DNA of 57,669 bases, the filler included, from Porpidia crustulata (Eukaryota): assembly GCA_964255105.1 (NCBI GenBank). It is 5 parts of 5 records of this genome, joined end to end, with 100 filler letters (N's around TTAATTAATTAA, not from the genome) between each part and the next. Parts side by side here need not be neighbours in the genome. Positions count along the whole stretch, not along the records: positions 34,680 to 46,126 come from CAXUWE010000658.1; positions 46,227 to 57,669 come from CAXUWE010000659.1; 3 more parts are not named here. The stretch is one strand, 5' to 3'. Every line of letters starts with the position of its first letter. Position 1 is the stretch's first letter. Made by a program: the position numbers and the translations under genes. Below the pieces are notes generated by a model. The model worked only from the letters and a program-made list of their open reading frames with translations, was not told the origin of the DNA and searched no databases. Positions 38,539 to 49,618 of this stretch are shown one piece after another.

Positions 38539-39690
38539 ATGGCTCGTAACGCGTTAGTCCTTCTCGTGACTGCCTTCGCCGCGCACGGCGTGCTGGCCGG
38601 TCATGCCGACTGGGAGCCTCGACTCTATGGCCGCACCTCACTTGTCATTTCAGACGTCCCCGTCGTCGCTTTCGAGAATGCAACAGCCTACACGCTCGAG
38701 AAGCGCTGGGTTGGCGTCCACTCCGGCAGCGGCGATGCGGACACCCGGCTGTGGCCTGGAAAGACGATCAAGTACTGCTTCGACAACGACGACGCCAAGT
38801 CGAGACTGTTTGAGGACCTCAAGGACGGTGTCGAGCGGTGGTACGCCTCGGGGCTGCCCGAGGACTTCAAATTCGTCGAGGTCGGCGCCACGGCGTGCAC
38901 AAGCGACCGGAACAACGTGCTACTCATCAAGTACAGCGCGCCGGGGACGGGCCCTGGTCAGTCGGTGATGGCCACCTCGCCTGCGTTGCCGCCACTTTCC
39001 GGTATAGGACAGGGTCCGACCATGACGTTGACCGACGATGAGACGATGGGCATGCTCGACAAGGTTGCCAACTACGCGCACGAGCTGGGCCACGCCTGGG
39101 GCCTCCATCACGAGCACCAGAACCCGTTCTACTGGGAGCAAGCCTACGGGCATCAGAACGGCCACCTTTTTGGCGCCAACAACTTCAACTGCGCGAACCT
39201 CAAGGACTACGCCACCGCGCAGCAGAAGATCACGGATCGAATCAACAACTATCCCGGCGGCCTGGGCGGCGTTCTCTTTGAGAGGCACTACCAAGAAGTG
39301 TGTCAGGTGCGAGCGGTCGCAAGGCAATACCAGTTCAGCGCCACGGACTACCTGCCCTTTCCCCTGGCCGACCTCAATCTGGGGGACACGACGGGCAACG
39401 ACATCGATTAGGATAGCATCATGATCTATCCGAGCGGGGCCGGCAGCGTGGGCACCGCATCGCCCGGCGGGCCCGACAACCGGTTGAATATCCTGACTAA
39501 GCCAGACGGCAGCAGGATCGCGAGGAACCTGAACCCTAGCCCGCGAGATGTTGCCGGCTTGATCGCTCTGTACGGGGAGGTGAGGGTCGATGATGAGCCC
39601 CTGATGTCCGGGAAGAAGAGCAGCAGGTTTAACAAGTTCAAGGATGTGTTCAAGAAGAGCAAGAGTACGGGTGCCTCTGGCATATGCTGA
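38539..39690 (+). CDS. Secreted metzincin (astacin/M12A-like) zinc metalloprotease with one in-frame TAG at 39409-39411
   Basis: Signal peptide, LEKR maturation site and zinc motif HELGHAWGLHHEHQ. The same frame continues past the TAG into DSIMIYPS (Met-turn) and PSPRDVAGLIALY. Confidence 0.8.
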
Positions 39691-39987
39691 TTGTTCTGTT
39701 CGAGTTGGTGGGATGGAGAGATATGTCAGAGAAACTCTTCCAGCTACTCGGATCCGTTTTGGCTAGTTGATTAGATCATCTTTCGCCGTTGTTACTACTA
39801 CTCATGCTTCCTCTTGAATGCGTTCACTATCCGATAAATATACATGCAACTGCTTCACTGATTATTGGGTAATGACATATATTTGTCAACCCGGCTAGCA
39901 AACGGTTTTTCATGTAACATCAAGTGCTTGGTACAATAGTCGGATTATCCTTTTAGTTGTGGTCAAGTAAATATTCTCAATCTATTC

Positions 39988-41991
39988 CTAAGTGGTAGTT
40001 GAATTCGGAACAGCCGGCCATCCTTGAGCCCCAAAACACGGAATGTACGGTGGTTCTGGCGCAAGATCTGGAATCTTCGGTCGTCCTAAACCTTTACCCA
40101 GTGCATCAATCAATGTGCCGTCATCAAGATCGATGGCCCATATCATGGTCCTACAGTCGTTAGTTCTCCTTCGCAACTTGGGGGTAGGATGGGACTAGAG
40201 TGCTTACCCGCCTAAACACCGCTGATTGGCATAATCGACTTTCATCTTCAGTGTCTGGGCATCGTCCCAGCTGACCCACTGATTCGAGTTCCAGGTGACT
40301 ATCTTGACAGCCGCAACAGGGTCGAAGGTAACTAGGGCTCCGCCCGCGATAATTTTGACAATCTCGGCTGCCGAGAGTACGCCTGGGGTTCCCGTGCACG
40401 CACCACCATCAGCACCGGAAGAGAACGGACATCCCGCCGACATGCAGGAAGGGTTGGACATGGTGAAACCTTGAAAGAGAGAGAAAATCTGTCAGCGCTG
40501 ACTACGTGCTGAGGGAAGACCATAAAGACGGGAACTCGGTGGGGTGAAACAATGAATCAGCCTACTTCGTCCATAGAATCCAAGCCCTAGATTGATGCGG
40601 CCAGGGTTGATGTTATTGCGCCATAGCAGCTCCATGCCTTGATTAATCTCTGTTAGATTGGTGTGCGCGTAGGCAAAGGAGCCAATGGACTTGACAGTGC
40701 TGTCCCACACGCCGTCTGTAAAGCTTGGATCAGTAAAATCTTGAAGATCTAGAATGCCAAGAGAAGCTCACGAATATCGTAGGTCATGATATTGAACCAG
40801 TCAACGTGCTGTTCCAGATCAACAATGTTGAACCCTCTGAGATACCAGTAGGACGCCGGCTGTCGATTTTGTGTTAGAGTGTGTAACCAAGACTAAGATA
40901 TTGCTCGGAGCTCACCAGTGTAATAGACAGTCCAATTGGCGTTCCCAACGAGTTAAGTCGGCTCCTCAGCCGCTTCAGGAATGTGACATAGTTGTCGAAG
41001 TCCGCCTGAATGCCACCGCGATCATCCGCAACAGGGTACTCCCAATCAATGTCGATGCCGTCGAACCCATTCGAGGTGATAAACGATGTTACGGACTCAA
41101 AAAAGGCGTCTTGCGCTGATTGTGACCCTGCCAAATTGGAGAAGACAGTGCGTGTTGGGCCGGGGTCGTTCATGGCCCAGCCGCCTACCGCGATCCAGAC
41201 CTTCAGGTTTGGATCCCGATCTTTGAGCCGAGAGACGCGCCTGTACAAGGTCCCGGTGGTAGAGTCCATGGGCGCCAAGCGGAAGGTGGCAGGGTCAATG
41301 ATGGCAAAGGCAAAGTTAATGTGCGTGTAGAAACCCAATGGGATATCCTCGGGCTGCATATCTACGAGTATGAGTTGCTAGAGTCAGCTTCGTTCTCTTA
41401 AAGAGCTGTGTGCTCATAGATCATGCGCAACGTACTCCCACAGGGCCTTTGCCAATTCCATCCCTCATAGTACCCAATGGTGCGTTTGTTTGAGCTCCCC
41501 GCACCGACATCGCAGCTCGGCGATGTTACTGTCTTGGACCCGCAGAAGTCAGAGGTTGTGCCGCAGAAGCCAAACTTACTGCAGCACACGTTGAGTGGAC
41601 AAGTCGAAGCATTCGACCATTGCGCGCCCCAGCCTGGATCACATTCGCTCTTGTAGCCACAAGTCGAAGTACACTTGGGCCCGCAATAGTCAGGACCTAG
41701 TCCGCATACGCCAGCGCCCGAGGAGTCTCTTGAAAACGGCCACGTTATTGAGGGTTTGGGACGAATCGATTTGACGGGAGGGACTCACAATGGACCACAA
41801 CAACCGATCGAGCACGGCTTTGTCTTACTACAAACATAGCTATCACTACTAGAGGCAGCGGTTTGGGGATCGCTTTGCTGAGCATTGGACGCGAAGGAGG
41901 CGGCAGCAAAGACTGTGGTCAGATTGAAAGAGGAGCAGACGGGTAGCAGAAAGAGCCACAGCCGGCGGCCAAAGGAGAAACGTGAAGCCAT
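39988..41991 (-). CDS. GH18 subgroup-C (killer-toxin alpha-like) chitinase with N-terminal hevein/CBM18 modules, 7 exons, intact
   Basis: Signal peptide, CPLNVCCSKFGFCGTTSDFCG, RTIGYYEGW, YTHINFAFA, AVGGW, catalytic FDGIDIDWEYP, MTYDIHG, LGFYGRS and WAIDLDD. All six introns are GT-AG and keep the frame. Confidence 0.92.
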
Positions 41992-42535
41992 CGCGACAAT
42001 TCCTGAAGCACTGCTTGCTCGACGGGGAGAATATGAGGGGGGCGAGATGGGTCGAAGAGGGTAGTAGCAGATTAGCAAGGCCCATACAACGTGCTATCTG
42101 CTACGACTAAGTAGAGCTCCTGCTTTCTTCCTTCAATAACTTTAAGCCTTCTAGAGGTCAGCGTAGCCGGCGACTAGGGACCCATGCACCGCAGGGACAT
42201 CCCCGTGATCCATAGCGGTCAGCCCTCGGCCGTGCCACCCACTTCAGCCGGCTGACGGTCAGCTTCTCCTTTTGTTAGATGAATGTCACAAGACCAGCAT
42301 CTCTCACCGGTTTGACAGCGTATTCGACAGGATTTCGGCCTAATATCATTTGATAGGGCCGTGCGCTGACGTGACTTCTGGCGTGCAACTGCAGAGGCTT
42401 TCGGGTCCCGCGGACTTCTCTCTTTAGGAGCTTCTTTGCTCTCGAGGCACAGTCCCTTGATTAACGACGGTGTGCGCACCTCCGACCACCACTTTCACCA
42501 GAGGTTCGAACGGGGAGCCTCATCGATTAAGAACA

Positions 42536-44249
42536 ATGGCCTTCACCACTAGAGCCAGAGCAGCCCTGTTACTCGCCGTGTCGTCCCTCTTGCTGAGCGT
42601 GTATGCGCAAGACGTGTGCCCTCAAGCCCCGACTCTCTCCGGCACGCCATCCGAATGTAATATCTGGCATACGGTTGTCAGTGGTGTGGACACCTGTGCC
42701 ACCGTAGAGACGCAGTTTGGCATCACGTCCTCTCAATTCCTTGGGTGGAACCCCGCAGTCTCTTCCGACTGTCTGTCCAATTTCTGGGCGGGATATGCGT
42801 ACTGCGTGGGCATTGGCACTATCTCCAAACCTTGTTCCTCCTCCGTGAAAATTACCTCGACAACGTCTCAAAGCAGCAGCAGTACCAGCTCCATCACCAG
42901 CTCAACCATGAGCTCAATTGCTAGCTCCAACACAAGCTCGGGCAATGCAACCTACTCCACTCGCTGGCCGATCATTAGCTACAACCTGACGACAAGTAGT
43001 GTGAATACGGCGTGGCCACCGTCGCGCACGCAAGCAGGCCAGCCGAGCTACTGTATCTCCTGGCATTTAGTGAATAGCGGCGACACTTGCCAGACCATCG
43101 TAAACAGATATGGCGCAAGCCTTTCGATGGATAAGTTGTGAGTCCTGCTACTCATTTCCCTCGATCAAAACGGATGTAGTTAACTCAACCACCTCATAGC
43201 CTAACATGGAACCCCACACTTGGGACCGACTGCTCGGGTCTTTTCGTGGGTTGGTGGGTATGTACATCGATTCAGTCGCAGACCTCCGCAACGCTGGACT
43301 GGTTAGGAGCTGGTGCAACCAACGCGACGGTACCTCCGTCCACCGCCTGGACCCCGACCGCGTATCCAACCATCAACTCTAGTTTTGTCGCTTCACCTGT
43401 CCGGACTGGTATACCTAGTGATTGTCGGTCGTACTATCTAGCCCAGTCTGTAAGTACACATACCATTATCTATCAGATCTGCTAATGAGACTGTTACTTA
43501 CTCATGCGGGTTTGACCAGGGTGACACATGCCGCCAAATCCTAGCTCAGATCAGTTACATTACCCAAGACCAATTCATGGCCTGGAATCCTGCTCTCAGC
43601 GGCAACTGTGACGGTCTCTGGGCTGGTTACTACTACTGCGTGGCTGACTTCCCCTCATCCTCCTTGCCCATGCCACCAACGGTGACTACCAAACCATCGC
43701 CGACGGGAACAGGCAGTCCCAGCAATTGTGCAGCGTGGTATCTGACCACGTTCAACGAAGATTGTGACGCCCTCATCATGGAGTTTGGGACCTTCTCGAA
43801 GAATGATTTTATCTTGTGGAATCCGAGCGTTTGGTCGGATTGCTCGAACTTTCAGGTCAGTTGATGTTCACGAAAATCGCGCGACTTGCTTGAGTCCTGC
43901 TGACAAAATCTTCTCTGCATAGCAAAACATATATTACTGCGTGGCGGTCCCTGGCACACCCACTACCCGTACCGCATCAATCTCCACCACGGCTGCGCCG
44001 AGCTCAATTCCAACGCAAAGCGGCATGGCTTCCAACTGCACCGACGAGTGGCTCGTGGGTACCACTGACACTTGTGGCTCGATCGTCAAATCCAATGGCA
44101 TCTCTCTGGCCAGCTTTGAGGCCTGGAATCCCTCAGTTGGAAGCAACTCAACCGGCTGCACAGTGGCTCCAAACTATTATGTCTGTGTTGGCGTGAACAG
44201 GGCCATCACTATAAATAACCCTGTTGGTCCGACGATGGCACCGGGATAG
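42536..44249 (+). CDS. Secreted fungal-type LysM effector with five LysM domains, 4 exons
   Basis: Signal peptide and five C..(W/Y)..V..GDTC...WNP...C......Y.CV-type units separated by Ser/Thr/Pro linkers. Three GT-AG introns keep the frame. Confidence 0.92.
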
Positions 44250-44363
44250 CAAGAAGCTTTAGGCTAAACTCTGCGCGCTCAGCACGTTCTATTCGCGGAA
44301 TCGCAGTGCGAACAGTGACTGCTCGGGCCTGTGGTTGGACTCTTACTGCTGTATCGGTATCTC
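44250..44363 (+). pseudogene. Decayed sixth LysM domain 3' of the stop codon
   Basis: From 44281, in another frame: STFYSRNRSANSDCSGLWLDSYCCIGIS, matching the second half of the upstream LysM repeats. Confidence 0.7.
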
Positions 44364-44528
44364 AAGACGAGACGCAACAATCACCAGCGGTACACCTGTG
44401 CCTGCGTCAATATCATGAAGGCTACTAGGTCGTGGTCTGTCTGAGGTTAATACGTATATGTAGATAACGAACAAGAAGTGGTCTTTGCGCCGGAAGGTAA
44501 TTTGTTTCCGTTCATGTGGTCCTGTGAC

Positions 44529-45871
44529 TCAAAAGAGAATTGGAACATAGTATGTGTCGTCCTTGCCTTGCCTGAGCCAGTACCCTCGCTCACCTCCACC
44601 CGCGCCCTCATCTTCTTCAGTAGGTGTTAGAGAGCGCCAAACCCGGTTGGACATCCAGCCACTGGGGCCTACCTCGAACCGGTAGCCTTTCCCGATGCCT
44701 TCATGGAAGAGCGGCTCGAATATGGTAACAGGCAACGCCAGGTCGAACTGCTGCAACTGCGGCCCCAAGGCATGAGCCAAGCGATCCATAGGCATCAGAA
44801 TGTCGGCCTCGGGTCGGCTTCCGAGGTTATTAGTTGGTAGATAGATTGGGCCAACGAGGCAAATGTAAAGCTTGCGAAGATTCGGCAACGCCATTGGTAC
44901 TGCTTGGAGCAGAGCCTCAAAAGCCTCTTTGCCAGAGTTGGGGGGGTCTTGGGCCTGGGCTGGTCGGGATATCTCATTGAGTCGCCATACCATCTCGACT
45001 GAGGTGATGCTGGCCAGACGCTGCTGTGATAAGAGATGTGGAAGGTGGCAAATCATGACGCTGCTAGACATGTGAATAGTATTCGTAGCGTAGAGTATGT
45101 CAATGCCATCTATGTAGCTGCGAGTAGATATTAGCCAAGTCGTTTGGTTTGAGAGTGAGAGAGGCATTTCTGTAGAAGTCCCGCTGTGAAAATTGGGATC
45201 TTCCCTCCAGATGGCTCTTTAGTAACAACAAGATGGACTTTCTGACTCGGTACACCCAAATTGTATTATACGAGACCCACTTACGCCTGTCTACAGGCCA
45301 GGAGCCAGCCCATAATTCCCAAGAAGCACTTTTCGGGCGCCTTGCCTGGCCAGCCTTGACACCAGCCCGCCACGCCAGCCAGGCATTCGTCCTCCCACGG
45401 CTCCAAAACATGGCCATTCCCGCGAACAATATTCTCAGGATCACGGTGGCAAACGCAGCTAAACCATTGCCAGGCCTTGGACTTACTGACATCAAGCTTC
45501 AGCGGCGACTTGAGAAGCTTATGGCTTTCACAATTGAGGCCGCAGTGCCGGATCTTCTCGCCCAACATGCGCTTGTCCTGCTCGGTCATAGAAATCATCG
45601 GATGGTCAAAGGAGAGATCAATGTGTATGATGCGGTCGCCAAAAGCCTCAATGAGGATATCCCGGCGCAGTTCTGCTGGGAGGCGCAGGAAGAAAGGGCT
45701 GCTTGCGGTGGCTGCGGCCGTGGATACAATTATGGACTCGCGAGAAGGCGACGGTGTGAGGACACGCATTCGCTGCGGGGGTAGGAATGGCATTTCGCTT
45801 TCCGAAGATGTTTCTTTATGCTTACTAGAGTGTAGCCTTTTGCGGAGCCAATCGCTCAGTACGTTGGGCAT
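44529..45871 (-). CDS. DUF7730-like uncharacterised fungal protein, 2 exons
   Basis: SPFFLRLPAELRRDILIEAFGDRIIHIDL, then IMGWLLACRQA/YIDGIDILYATNTIH, a pattern typical of this family. One intron. Confidence 0.7.
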
Positions 45872-45959
45872 CGTGGCATCTTGACTTTCAGTGATGTTGA
45901 TTGACGAAGTTTGATTTGTAGACTTAGATGAACGACGGATGTCAGCAGAAAGCAACTGA

Positions 45960-46126
45960 ACATAAATCGTTGCCTCAGTTCTCAGAGTGTCGAATTCGAC
46001 TAAGTTTCTTCGAATTAATCGATTTATTAAATCTCTTCGAATTAACGTTTTATTTTAAATCGTTTTAAATTAATATGTTACGGCCATACCCACCATATCT
46101 AGTAGTATTGGACCAAGTCTTCCAAC
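45960..46126. repeat. Strongly AT-rich RIP-like relic followed by a possible LTR 5' end (TGTTACG at 46076)
   Basis: ttcgaattaatcgatttattaaatctcttcgaattaacgttttattttaaatcgttttaaattaata, then an abrupt switch to TGTTACGGCC at the contig end. Confidence 0.45.
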
Positions 46127-46226
46127 NNNNNNNNNNNNNNNNNNNNNNNNNNNNNNNNNNNNNNNNNNNNTTAATTAATTAANNNNNNNNNNNNNNNNNN
46201 NNNNNNNNNNNNNNNNNNNNNNNNNN
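46127..46226. other. Artificial contig spacer
   Basis: N44-TTAATTAATTAA-N44. Confidence 0.98.
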
Positions 46227-48431
46227 GAAATGGGGCTTACGATCGGATGAGATCTTCGGACTGACGACCCAGAGGGACGTCTTCGGGGAAGTAGAGGGTG
46301 TTGGGCCAGTCGACAATCTTGCGGTACGTATCGTGAGGTTCTTGGGCGCAGAAAGGGGGCCAGCCGACGAGACACTCGAACATGATAGCGCCGGCGGACC
46401 ACCAGTCGCATGTAAAGGTGTAGCCTTGGCCGGTGAAGATTTCGGGGGCGATGTAGTCTGGGGTTCCGACGGTGGAGTAGGCCATGACACGGCGGGACTT
46501 GCGCCAGGTGTTGATCTGAGACCGGTTGCTGACGGTGAGGTTGATTTGGTCGAGGGAGACGGAGTTGCGATCGCGAGGGCGGTTGGAGGAGCCTTTGAGG
46601 AGTTGTTGATAGTAAGAATTCTCGTGCTGAGCATGGAAGCCAGTGGATAGGCCAAAGTCGGTGAGCTTGATATGGCCGCCGCGGTCGAGCAGGATGTTGT
46701 CAGGCTTGATATCTCTATACAGAATCTTATTAACCATACCGCCACTAAGGTAGCCACAAGTTCTCGCCGGGTGGAGGGATGCATCACTAAGAGACGCAGG
46801 GTATGTAGTACAGAAGTAGGAAATGCAGTCAATTTAAGTAGAGAAACAGGTCTGGTCAAAAGCTGTATTGTTTGACGGCAAGGAAATAGAATGCTTGGAG
46901 GAAAAACTATTTCCGTCTATACAGTAAATAAGGAAAGCCTTGGACCTCACTCCGCGGACTAGCAGCGTATGCTTTCGGTCCTAACCTAGTCATCAAGAAT
47001 CATCGCGGAAATCTGTTGACAGCCTATTTTTGCCGCTGCATCCTCGCTTTCCACTCCGCTTCTAGAAATAACTTACCGTCGACGGACCAACAAAAGGATG
47101 ACCTAGCAGTACTCCAAATTCGGGATTTCAATGGAGTGCATACTAGAAATTGCAAAAGCACAGAACTCGACAGGACTGAAAAGGCAGAGCAGTATCTAGT
47201 GCAGATGCCTACACAAAGAAACGAGAAAGCGCTCTAAACTTACCGGTGAACATAACCAAGCTTATGCACAGCTTCGATAGCCAAGACAATTTCAGCCATG
47301 TAGAACCTCGTAATGTCTTCCGAAAAGATCTCATACTTGATCAACATAGTCATTAGATCTCCTCCGGGTAAAAATTCCATTAACATATACAGGTAAGTCG
47401 GGTCCTGAAATGTGGTATGCAGCTTCACGACCCAAGGGCTGTCTGATTCAGCTAAGATGTCGCGTTCCGCCCGCACGTGTGCCAACTGGTCTTTTTTGAA
47501 CATCTCCGTCTTTACGAGCGACTTTAGGGCATATATCTTTCCATCAGTCTTCCGTTGGACTAGTTTTACCTCCCCAAAGGCTCCCTTCCCAATTACCTTC
47601 ATCGTTGCGAAGTTGGTAGGTGATTCTTTCGTCCGTAAGAACCGAAGATACTGAGCCTCTGCCTTTAGCATTTGGTCTTTTCTCGATTTTTTCAGATAGT
47701 CCGATTTGGTTGGATCTCTCGTCAGATCTTCTAATTCTCGAGCACTGTCACAACAATCAGTTTAGTCTATGTAGTTCGGATCAACTGGACGCCTACCGGA
47801 CGTTCCGATCGCGAGCACGAGTAATATTCTCCTTGAAAAATGCCTCCACGAGCGCATGAAGTCCCTGACCACGCTTGGCCACGTTTGACGAAAATCTCTC
47901 GGGACTCTTCTCAGGCGGATCATCAAAATGGGAATGTGAGCTTGATCCAGGTAGCGGCGGGCTCAAAAGACTTCCATAATTCTGTTGAGGTGCAGCACCA
48001 CCAGTCCGGGGTCTCTGGTTTGGTGAGGGCTGACGACCGAAAGGGCTTCCTTGGCGTTGCGTACTTCCTAAGTTCTGGTTTGAGAACTGGTGGGCAAGAC
48101 CTGAAGTAGGGTCGTTGGCGGTGTAACCTCCTTGGCGTTGCTGGTAAGAGGCTTGCGGAGACTGAAGGCTCTGCTGCTGGTATTGTTGATACTGAGCCTG
48201 CTGGTATGGGGTATTTCCAAAATAATTCCCTGCTGAACCATAAGCACCAGGGCTCTGGATCTGGGCTGCAGCATAACTGGGTGGAACCTGGCCGCCTTGG
48301 TTTGAGAAGACAGGCTGAGGGAATGTTGATGGAGTTGTAGGGAAGACACGCTCGTTCGTGGCAGGATAATTGCGATCGTTGTTGTATCCTCCGCCTCCGA
48401 AGTCCAAATGTAAACGATTATTGGGTTCCAT
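46227..48431 (-). CDS. cot-1: NDR-family Ser/Thr kinase COT1/Cbk1, 3'-truncated by the contig end
   Basis: Gln-rich N-terminus, [25 protein letters not shown], spliced [17 protein letters not shown] and [14 protein letters not shown]. Confidence 0.93.
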
Positions 48432-49618
48432 AGTGGCTCGTGATTGTCGGATTATATTTTATCAGAGATTGTTAGTCACCTCCTTAATCGGTTGCCCGGG
48501 CTCAATACTTGGAACAAACGTCCTCGTTCAACAGAATTGAATGAGGCAGGGCTTTCGAAGAGTCTCGCAGCAGACCTAGTCAATGAAAACTAGACCACTG
48601 CATGCTTACTGGCACGCACTAGAAGAGGAAGACAGGAGGTAGGTTGTAATTGTTGTTGGTATCCCATGCATACCCATCCTTGAGCTACTCAGATATTTTA
48701 CCTAGTCACTAAGTCGCTATCCGGCGGCGCGGACCGGTAGCTCGTCGCTTACCAGGTCAATGAGACAACAGATGCCAGCTTGTCTCATAGAACGATGAAG
48801 TAGCACAGTCAGTATTACTACTATTACTATTGTGCGGTTTAGAAGGAGGTATGAAAAAGTGTTCGAGAACAGTATGATATGATCCATCAAACGTACCGAC
48901 AAGGTATATCCCTGTCTGGAGACCCTGTGTGGCGTCTGAAAAAAGGGGCCATGCGACACTGCAGGGTGTGGCACTTTGGGCTGCATGTGTCTCTCCTCTC
49001 TCCTGCAACCCTAATAGGACCAATACAACAATCAATAATTGAGCCTTGGTTGCCTCGATGCACTACGTGGTATAATAGACTTTCACACTGCAGCGACACC
49101 TGCATCATCCAGGAACAATGCGCCAATCGCTGTTGTAGATGATTGTTCAGTTGCCGCTGTCACCATTGCCTTCCAGACTCCAATTGTTATCCAAACGTCT
49201 ACACCGACTGGCTGACATGCGCTGCTGTCAACTCCTGGAAAAGGACTTTCCGCATCTTGACACGGGGGAAATAGCGATTGGCTACCCTCTGTTCCCGTAC
49301 CTTCCCAGCATTGTACTCCGTAGGCGGTTCTTGTATGAGTTTCAACGTCCATGACGGCCTGCTCCGTGCCTGTTGGCTGAAATTGCTAGAATTGCCTCAT
49401 ACTTTATATGCAACCGTTGCCAAGGTCAATATTTTCCAACGTTGCGACGCGCTGTCAAGAGTCAAAAAGACGTAAGAGTAGTATGCACCAAAATCTCTCA
49501 ATTGCAGCGCCATACGCCCTCAAGTTCCACATATTCCCAAAGTCTGACAATCAATATGATACACCTTTCCTATATGACTTTGCACAATGAAGAATTCCAC
49601 CCATCAAATACTGCCATT

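Noticed and set aside
23124..41991. GH81 glucanase and GH18 chitinase as one cell-wall-lysis cluster
   Set aside because: They lie on different, artificially joined contigs.
44247..44267. TAG-CAA leaky-stop readthrough at the LysM gene end
   Set aside because: Readthrough would add only a few residues (QEALG) before another stop, and the sixth LysM remnant is in a different frame.
46076..46126. ACGGCCATACCCAC resembling the start of fungal 5S rRNA
   Set aside because: Similarity ends after about 14 nt; an LTR-like end is more plausible.
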